Origin: Chiloscyllium plagiosum
Taxonomy: Eukaryota
Reading direction: 5' to 3'
NCBI RefSeq assembly: GCF_004010195.1
Contig: NC_057719.1
Location: 83,928,388 to 83,970,175 of the forward strand
DNA: 41,788 bases
The notes under the pieces were generated by a model. It saw nothing but the letters and a program-made list of their open reading frames with translations. It ran no database searches and was not told where the DNA came from. Within the stretch, counting starts at the first letter, position 1. Each line of letters starts with the position of its first letter. Shown here in pieces: positions 33,674 to 41,788 of the stretch. The position numbers and the translations under genes are program-made.

Positions 33674-34189
33674 CCTTCTCTTTCACACTGATATTTTGAC
33701 ACTGACCTCATTGAGAATAGGTATTTGCATGGAGTCTCCACCTGCCCAATTAATTGATTAATTATGCACCACCATTCACAATTAGATACAGCAGGATTGC
33801 AGAGCATGGATCATATTTGACAGTCGTGGGGGCTTACTCGCTATGTATATCGCATGCTTTTTCCACGATTGAACATGCATGTATGTTCTGTGCTGGCTGG
33901 TCAGCATCTCAGTTCCTCTCATGCTCTCCCGACTTGATGTTAGTGATACAGTGAGTGGTGTATCCACATAAACATAATACAGATTGTGACTGAATACAAC
34001 TCTGCTGTTTTTGGTTCTTGGCATTCTACGAATGCTTGCTATTGATGCATGCATCCTGAACTGTTCTGATTTAGTACAGTGGTAATGTCACAATATATCC
34101 TCAGTATGAATGCAGCTTCATCTCCCCAACAAGTGTTGGGGTAATCACTAAAGAGTCAGAGCCTTCACAATTCAATGTTTGGAACATAG

Positions 34190-34435
34190 ACAGGAAGTGG
34201 GGAGAGGGAGTGTACAAGAGAGAAAGACACACAAGAGCTAGGTAGAATGGTAACAAGATACGGAGAGGGAGAACAAGAGAAGCAGCTGAATTGGAGAGAC
34301 AGAGGTGCAAGAGTGAGGTAGAAGAAGACTGCAAAGAAAAAAGAGAAAAGCAGGCAAAGAGAGGGAGAGACAGAAGCAGATGAAGGTGAGGAAGAGCATG
34401 GAGTAACAAGGGGAACAAAGAGGGAAGCAGATGCT
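34190..34435. repeat. Purine-rich (GA) low-complexity tract
   Basis: Almost exclusively A/G on the plus strand, which explains three spurious overlapping minus-strand ORFs. Confidence 0.8.
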
Positions 34436-35073
34436 AGCAGCAGTGCTGAGTCCTGCTCGCACAGACTACAGAGGAGCAGTGAGAGCCTGCCACCATCAGC
34501 ATTTTGTTGAAAATGTATAAACCGGAACATTGTAGAAATGTCTGCTACCCCAAAAAGCAGTGAAATAAGGACGGCATTGACAGGTCAGTTTCTGTGTGAG
34601 CTTGACAACGAGTCAGCAAAGCATTAACAATATCCAATGACCTCTTACAGTACTTTTGCTGGCACTTATCCTAATAGTCTCCTAGACAAAACAAACTGAA
34701 TCATAACACACAAAACAGGGGCATTGGGTAAGAACTGGTTTCACCTGATTCTGTTAAAGTGCAACCCAAATACCAAATGCCATCAATTATTAACCTGCTG
34801 GCTAGTACACTGGGTCAATACCCTGGTCAGAGGACATTAATGAGCTTGACTCCATGTGGAGGATACAAAGCATCTTTGTAACCTCTGGGGAGGGATTGGA
34901 GGCCCACACAGGGCTAGAGGCCAGCAAGTTAATTAATTTTCTTTTCAGCTTCTGACTTTGATCAAGAGGGGAACAATGTTTTCTGTTGTGTGCAACAGTG
35001 CATAGCTCAATGCAGGGTACACAAGTTCATTCAGATAGTGAGCCTGCTAAAACGACTAGCGTGGTAAAAGTTA

Positions 35074-35145
35074 CGGGGTGGGGGGGGGGGGGGGCGGGGG
35101 AGGGGTAGNNNNNNNNNNNNNGTAGGGGATGGGTGGGGGAAGGGT
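35074..35145. other. Poly-G tract with an assembly gap (13 N at 35109-35121)
   Basis: Direct observation. Confidence 0.95.
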
Positions 35146-35660
35146 AGTGGTGAGGCAGCATGGGGTGGAGAGAGCAGGAAAGAGAAACTGCAGTAGGGGA
35201 CATAGTGCACCCTGCTGGGCATACCAGCACAGCAGTGAATTTGAGCTGGGCTACAACACAACCTTGTGGGCACAATGGGGTTGAGGAGTGAGCTGCATTC
35301 TGAAAGTTAAAGCCGCAGCTTGCAGCCAATTCATCTCATGCAGAATGCTTAGTCTGAGGGGACATTGCTTCAAGATAAGGGGTTGGCCATTTCAGACTGA
35401 GATGAGGGGGCAACCTCTTCACTGAATTTTTGAATGGCGGGGAGACTAAAGAGGCCACAGGACTACACCTTCTCCAGTTTTGTTTTAACGTTTCAAATAC
35501 CTCTAACTTGAACAGTTTTCAAACAATCTTGAATTAATGTCTCATCGTGACAATACAGACTAGCATTTTGCATTACCTAAAACTGACAAGTGTACAATCT
35601 TCCGACTCAAGTTGACAAAATAATATTGTTCCAGTGAGAAACAGAGTGACAGGACAGCCC

Positions 35661-35901
35661 AAAGAAAAATACAGCGCAGTACAGGCCCTTTGGCCCTCGA
35701 TGTTGCGCCGATCCAAGCCCACCTAACCTACACTAGCCCACTATCCTCCATATGCCTATCCAATGCCCGCTTAAATGCCCATAAAGAGGGAGAGTCCACC
35801 ACTGCGACTGGCAGGGCATTCCATCTCCAATGAAAACAGCCCCAAGTGCCTCAGCCTTTCCTCATACGATCTTCCTACCATACCAGGCAACATCCTGGTA
35901 A
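35661..35901 (-). mobile_element. Young CR1 3' end with an internal deletion
   Basis: Peptide FTRMLPGMVGRSYEERLRHLGLFSLE fused directly to the WNALP region; tail hairpin GGCCCTTTGGCCC. Confidence 0.8.
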
Positions 35902-36025
35902 AACTGGGCACTAAACAAATAAAAACACAAAAGAGAACTGATATAGCATCTTCAGCAAGCTCCATAGCTAGTTAAGTACTTTTGGAATGTATTGACTGCT
36001 ATTGTATAGGTATACACAGTAGCAA

Positions 36026-36090
36026 GAGTCGAGGTTAGAGTGGTGCTGGAAAAGCACAGCAGGTCAGGCAGCATCAGAGGAGCAGGAGCA
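36026..36090 (-). mobile_element. PLE terminal-repeat fragment
   Basis: GTGGTGCTGGAAAAGCACAGCAGGTCAGGCAGCATCAGAGGAGCAGG. Confidence 0.65.
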
Positions 36091-36324
36091 AGTTGAACAC
36101 AAGGTCTCCTGAGTAGCACATTCTGATAAATAGTCAGTTCATCTATTTTAGTGGCACTGATTAAAGCAAGATGCTGGAAGAGTTCCACAGGTCTATTCAA
36201 AAGTTTGATGGGATTTTGTACATCTCATTTGAATTACAGAAACTCCACAGAGAGCTTCTTCGGCTCTGTACTCAAAATGTAAGCCAGGATTACATACAGC
36301 TCTTTCTCATTGTGTACTATGAAC

Positions 36325-36550
36325 TAGGTGCAGAGTAAAGTTTCCTCCAAACTGCCCAATCAATCAGTTCCACAACAGGTTCGGCAATACGACAATACGA
36401 ACTGAAGTTCCCTTTACATTGTGCCCATTAAAATCTCCCAGGACAGTAAACAGCAGGGATAGATACACAGCAAAGCTTTCTATACTGTCTCCATCAAACA
36501 CTCCTAGGAGAGGTATGACACAGAGTTAGATACAAAGTAAAGCACTCAGG
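36325..36550. repeat. Degenerate ~67-70 bp tandem repeat (3-4 units)
   Basis: Recurrent GATAC-AGAGTAAAGCT...ACTGTC-CCATCAAACACTCCCAGG units; an isolated related unit lies at ~29886-29945. Confidence 0.65.
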
Positions 36551-36969
36551 AAACATCAAGCCTCAATACAAGATTTAAACAAAATGCAACTCCAGCCACA
36601 CAGTTGATTTTTTAAAAATTTAAAACAGTCACTCTGTGATCTTTCCCAACACACTTCCCAATTTCATAATGGAAACATGCACTTTTGCACAGGAAGTTCG
36701 TTCTGAAACTTGTCAGATGCTTTCAGCCAGCGACAAATGGAGAGGAGTCATCTATCAATCTGGCCTGGATTTAGTCCCATGTCTGAGAGGTGAAACGATC
36801 AATAGCCATTGCATCATCAAGTTTACACCCATTGAGGTTTCAGCCAAAAGTATGTTAAAACTAATATAGCATCCATTATCATTACTAGACTATGTAACTA
36901 AATTTGTCTGTGTCACATTAAGGACAAACACAGTAGAGAAAAGGTGGTAAGAGACAGGTAAGGTAGCAG

Positions 36970-38378
36970 GTAATTTTCCAAAACTTGCTGGACTCTGGAG
37001 CAGTCCCAGCAGATTGGAAAACAGCTAATGTGACACCACTGTTAAAAATGGGAAGTAGACAAAAGATGTGGAATTATAGACGAGTGAGCTTAACCTCTAT
37101 AGTGGGGAAGATGTTTGAGTCTAGGGCATCTCAAAAGAAACTGTCCCATTGTACAGATGCAGCATGGGTTCATGAAGGGCAGGTCATGCTTCACATATCT
37201 TTTGGAATTCTATGAAGAAATTTCAAGTAAGGTGGACAATAGGGACCCAGTAGATGTAGTGTACCTAGATTTCCAAAAGGTCTTTGACAAGGTGCCGCAC
37301 ATGAGGCGACTGCATAAGGACGCATGGTGTTAGGGGTGGAGTATTGGCATGAATAGAGGATTGGTTGACTAACACGAAGCAGAGAGTGGGGATAAATGAG
37401 TGCTATTCTGGCTGGCAATCAAATGACTATTGTGTGGCTCAGGGATCAGTGTTGGGACCACAATTATTTACAATTTACATACATGATTTGGAGTTGGGGA
37501 CCACTTGTACAGTGTCAAAATTTGCCAATGACACTAAGATGAGTGGCAGAGCAAAGTGTGCAGAGGACTGTGAAACTTTGCAGAGGTACATGGATATATT
37601 GAGTGAGTGGGCAAAGGTCTGGCAGATGGAATATAATGTAAATAAATGTGAAGTCATACATTTTGGTTGGAGTAACAGCAAAACAGATTATTACTTGAAT
37701 GATAAAAAGTTGCAGCATGCCACTATACAGAGGGACCTGGGTGTCCTTGTGCAGAAGGTTGGTCTGCAGGTACAACAAGTAATTAGGAAAGCAAATGGAA
37801 CTTTGTCCTTCATTGCTAAAGGGGGGGGGGGGGTTGAGTTTAAAAGCAGAGAAGTAATGTTAGAGCTATACAAGGCACTGGTGAGGCCACACCTGGAGTT
37901 CTGTGTGCAGATTTGATCTCCTTACTTAAGGAAGGATATGGTGGGGACACACACACACACGGAGTTGAGGGAGTTGGCTTATGAGAAGCTGAGTAGATAG
38001 GGATTATATTCATTGGAATTCAGTAGATTGAGGGGTGATCTTATAGAAACACATAAAATTACTAAGGGAATACATAAAATAGAAATAGATAGGATGTGTC
38101 CACTGACAAGAGGGCATGGCCTCAAGATTAGAGGAAGCAGGTTTAGAACTGAACTAAGAAGGAACTTCTTCACCCACAGGGTTGTTAATCTATGGAATTC
38201 CTTGCCTATGGAAGTAGTTGACGCTACTTCAGTAATCACTTTTAAAGTTCAGGTAGATACTTTTCTGAAAAATAAAGGAATTAAGGAATATGGTGAAAAT
38301 GCGGGTTAAGTGGACTTATTGACTGGCCCAGCAGGCTGAAAGGGCCGGATGGCCTACTCCTGCTCCTAGTTCTTACGT
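36970..38378 (+). mobile_element. CR1 LINE, ~1.4 kb 5'-truncated, RT domain to tail
   Basis: Peptides VPADWKTANVTP, QHGFMKGRSC, YLDFQKVFDKVPH, AQGSVLGPQLFTIYI, KFANDTK, FFTHRVVNLWNSLP; frameshifted. Confidence 0.92.
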
Positions 38379-38532
38379 TAAAAGTGACTATTTTGCCGGA
38401 AACCAACAACAGAATATAAAGTTGCACCAACTACCTAGCATTATACTCTTCAATCCCCAAAACCAAATGACTTGTCATTGTATAGGAATACAGCTGATTC
38501 AATCATATTGATACAGAGGCTCAATCGAGGTA

Positions 38533-38742
38533 TAGAGTCAGAGTGATACACAGCACAGGAAAAGACCCTTCAATTCAACCCGCTCAAGCCGACCAGACAT
38601 CCTAAACAAATCTAGTCCCATTTCCCAGCATTTGGCTCATATCCCTGTAAACCCTTCCTACTCACGTACCCATCCAGATACCTTTCAAATGATGCAATTG
38701 TACCAGCCTGCACAGCTTCTTCTGGCAGCTCATTCCATACAT
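38533..38742 (-). mobile_element. CR1/HER1 3' end
   Basis: Peptide VWNELPEEAVQAGTIASFERYLD plus tail. Confidence 0.8.
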
Positions 38743-39339
38743 GTTCTCTTAGATTGTTTGGGATTTGCAAAAGGTGTGGAGATTTGTGAATGTAAAGGTA
38801 AAGAGACGCCAAGACTAACAGGGTTAGTCAGTGGAACAGGGTCACTGGGACAAATTCTGTTCCGAAGCACAATGAATCTGACAATTTCCCATAGTTCCAC
38901 AGCTGGGTACAATTGATGTCATCAACTGGCTCACAACATTCATCTGCCTTGTACTACTCTTCTACTAACATTGAGCTTTATGGTTAGTTAGTTGTACAAT
39001 ACCAGTTTAAAGTGGCTCACTAAATACAGACCAGTGATCATCCCTAATTATGCAAAATCAGCATTGTGTCATGAAGGGCAAATCATGCCTGACAAATTCT
39101 TTGAAGAGGATAAAAATCAGATAGATGAAGGGGAATCAGTAGACAACTACAGAGAGGACTACATTCAGTATCACCCCAGGTAGGGTGCAGAGCAAGTTTA
39201 TTAGAACAATACTGAAGTGTAATTATGAGGGTCGATTACATTGACTAGACTTGCTATTTCAATCAACCTGTTCAGACACGCTTTGATAAATCCCAGGGGC
39301 AGGTGATACTTGACCTTCTAACAAGGTCACAAGACCCTT

Positions 39340-39848
39340 ATCAGAATTATGAGATCGCTCCTCACTCTTCTAAACTGCAGGGAATATAGTCCTACTCGAT
39401 ATCTTTCCTCTTCATATGTCAGCTCTGCCATCCCAGCAATCAGTCTGGTTAAATCTCTTTGTACTCCCTCCATAGCTTTCATCATGTAAGGAGATCAAAA
39501 CTGCACACAATACTCCAGGTGTAGTCTCACCAAGGCCCCGTAGAACTGCAAAAAGACACTGTACTTTATTTGAGTCCTCTCGTTATGATGGCCAATGTAC
39601 CATTTGCCTTCTTCACTGCATTCTTACTTTCAGCGACTGGTGTACATGGATGCTCAGGTGTTATTGCTCTTTCCAAATCTATCACCATTCTGATAATAAT
39701 CTGTCTTCCTATTTTTGGTATCAAAGTGGATAATTTCATATTTATCCAAGTAATATTTCATTGGCCATGCCTTTCCCTATACAATTTATCCAAATTACAA
39801 AGAAGCATCTTTGCACCCTCCTCATTACCCTTCCCACCAGCTTTGTAG
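39340..39848 (-). mobile_element. Decayed CR1 ORF2 fragment
   Basis: CAAAACTGCACACAATACTCCAGGTGTAGTCTCACCAAGGC is the reverse of ALVRxHLEYCVQF. Confidence 0.75.
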
Positions 39849-39984
39849 TACGCAGCTGCAGATCCCTTACACACAAGTGCTTGGCTGCTCAGAAACAAAC
39901 CCTGAGACAGAGAGAGGGAGCAAAGCAGGCAGAGCGAGGAGAAAGGAAACTTCAGAAAACTCCGAGCCCCAGAGGAGAGGCATT

Positions 39985-40064
39985 GAATCAATTAACCGAA
40001 TAATCAATTATCTGAACAAAATAGTGCCTGCCCATCTCGTTTGGATAATCGAGGTTCCTCCGTA
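39985..40064. mobile_element. Probable Tc1/mariner-pogo (Tigger-like) non-autonomous DNA transposon end
   Basis: Ends in TTGGATAATCGAGGTTCCTCCG-TA, resembling a CAG..GAACCTCGATTATCC terminal inverted repeat (TIR) with a TA target; partner TIR not found. Confidence 0.4.
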
Positions 40065-40074
40065 CTATCATGTA

Positions 40075-40639
40075 ATAAGGATTAGCTAATGGGAGAAAAC
40101 AGAGTGGCCATAAATGAATCATTCTCACACTGGCAGGCTGTGAGCAGCGGCGTACTAACAAGTGTCATGTTAGCTCAAAACATTTAAAGTATATATCAGT
40201 GACATACAGGGAGGTGGGGACTAAAAGTAATACTTCCAAATTTGTGGATAGCTAAGTGAGAATGTGACTTGGGACGAAGATGAAAGGTGGTTTTAGGAGG
40301 AGTTGGGCAGGCTTGGTGAGTGGCAGTTGGAATATAATATGGGAAAAATGTGAGACCATTTACTTAGGTAGGAAGAACAAGTATGCAGAGCAATTCTTAA
40401 ATTACATTGAGAGTCTGGAAAGTGTCAAAATACAAAGGGACATGGGTGTCCTTGTCAATAAGTCACTGAAGGCTAAAACGCAGATGGAGCAAGCTATCAG
40501 GAAGGCTACTGGAATATTAGCCTTTACCCAAAAGGATTTGACCACGAGTAGTGAAATCTTGCTTCAGTTGTGTAGAATCCTCACTGGACTGTACCTGAAG
40601 CAGTGTGTGCAGTTTTGGTCTCCTTACCTCAGGAAGGAT
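40075..40639 (+). mobile_element. Decayed CR1 RT fragment
   Basis: Peptide EKCETIYLGRKN...QRDMGVLV...QCVQFWSPYLRKD. Confidence 0.75.
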
Positions 40640-40903
40640 CATAAGATCATAAGACATAGGATAGAAGTAAGGCCATTTGGCCCATCGAGTCCACTCTGCC
40701 ATTCAATCATGGCTGATAGGCATTTCAACACCACTTACCCGCACTCTCCCCCAGTGTGTGCAGTTTTGGTCTCCTTACCTCAGGAAGGATCAGAAGATCA
40801 TAAGACATAGGAGTAGAAGTAAGGCCATTTGGCCCATCGAGTCCACTCTGCCATTCAATCATGGCTGATAGGCATTTCAACACCACTTACCCGTACTCTC
40901 CCC
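40601..40903. repeat. 151-bp tandem duplication spanning a CR1/CR1 junction
   Basis: 40601-40751 and 40752-40903 differ by two substitutions and one 1-bp indel. Confidence 0.92.
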
Positions 40904-41015
40904 CTATCCCTTAATTCCTTGCAAGATTAAGAATTTATCAATCTCTGCCTTGAAGACATTTAACGTCCCGGCCTCCACAGCGCTCTGTGGCAATGAATTC
41001 CACAGGCCCACCACT
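40640..41015 (-). mobile_element. CR1 3' end (same subfamily as element B)
   Basis: CATAAGACATAGG tail; CCCTTAATTCCTTGCAAGAT...GCCTTGAAGACAT is nearly colinear with 25025-25240. Confidence 0.8.
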
Positions 41016-41433
41016 TCCCAACCCAAACTAGTCACACTTTGGCCCATATCCGTCCAAACCTTTCCTATTCATGTACTGATCCAAATGTCTTTTAAATGTT
41101 GTAACTGTACCTGCACCCATCACTTCCCCTGGCAGTTCATTCCACATATGAACCAGTCTCAGTGTAAAAAAAAGTTGCCTCATGTCCTTTTTAAATTTTC
41201 CTCCTCTCACCTTAAAAATATGCCCGCACCCTCCACTCCCTCAACCGCCCCCCCGCCGCCAGTTTTGAACTCTCCCACCCTGCAGAAAAGATCCTTGTGA
41301 GTCACCTTATCTATGCTCCTCATGATTTTATAAACTTCCATAAAGGTAACTTTTCAACTTCCTACATTCTAATGAAAAAGGTTCCTGCCAATCCATATAA
41401 TCATACTCTCCATTCCCCGCAATATCCTGCTAA
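41016..41433 (-). mobile_element. CR1/HER1 ORF2 C-terminal fragment
   Basis: Peptide FFTLRLVHMWNELPGEVMGAGTVTTFKRHLD. Confidence 0.8.
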
Positions 41434-41788
41434 ATAGACAATAGACAATAGGTGCAGGAGTAGGCCATTCAGCCCTTCGAGTCTGCACCGTCATTCAATA
41501 TGATCATGGCTGATCATTCCTAATCAGTATCCTCTTCCTGCCTTATCTCCATAACCCTTGATTCCACTATCTTTGAGAGCTCTATCCAACTCTTTCTTAA
41601 ATGAATCCAGAGACTGGGCCTCCACTGCCCTCTGGGGCAGAGCATCCCACACAGCCACCACTCTCTGGGTGAACAAGTTTCTCCTCATCTCTGTCCTAAA
41701 TGATCTACCCCGTATTTTTAAGCTGTGTCCTCTGGTTCGACACTCACCCATCAGCGGAAACATGTTTCCTGCCTCCAGAGTATCCAAT
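41434..41788 (-). mobile_element. Young CR1 LINE 3' end, runs off the window
   Basis: Open peptide MFPLMGECRTRGHSLKIRG...FTQRVVAVWDALPQ; clean (CTATTGT)n tail at 41434-41451. Confidence 0.88.

Noticed and set aside
34101..34530. Three overlapping Leu/Ser/Phe-rich ORFs as membrane proteins
   Set aside because: Translation of a GA-rich low-complexity tract.
35074..35145. G-quadruplex or promoter element
   Set aside because: The tract spans an N gap, so its sequence and length are unreliable; no CpG island is evident.
38742..39000. Second captured host exon at the 5' end of the 38533-38742 CR1
   Set aside because: The translations I checked match no protein I recognise; it cannot be supported without a search.
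97..41787. ORF-track entries as protein-coding genes
   Set aside because: All are short; recognisable ones are broken CR1, Rex1 or Penelope fragments or SINE read-throughs, and the rest show no protein family motif or exon structure I can recognise.

Overview
Eukaryotic, repeat-dominated non-coding DNA, almost certainly from an elasmobranch (shark). The evidence is its HE1/V-SINE copies and HER1/CR1-type LINE 3' ends; a carpet or bamboo shark is a guess. I find no intact protein-coding gene, rRNA, true tRNA or CRISPR array. The window is a mosaic of decayed, 5'-truncated and often nested retroelements: many CR1 LINE fragments, a Rex1/Babar LINE, L2-like pieces, HE1 SINEs, Deu-domain SINEs, a second tRNA-derived SINE family and Penelope-like elements (PLEs). 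Two things stand out. (1) A disabled copy of the first coding exon of kinesin light chain 1 (KLC1, 26324-26559, minus strand), missed by the ORF track. It is fused to a CR1 3' end and is the innermost layer of a three-level nested CR1 stack, so it looks like a LINE-mediated chimeric retrocopy of a pre-mRNA. (2) Three independent PLE insertions from two families (1292-1515, 18678-19722, 22919-23131). All share a fold-back architecture, 11-15 bp target-site duplications (TSDs), a ~30-35 nt tail on one arm only, and minimal hammerhead-ribozyme cores. Repeat boundaries were read by eye and are approximate unless a TSD is quoted. Family names come from recognition, not database searches.
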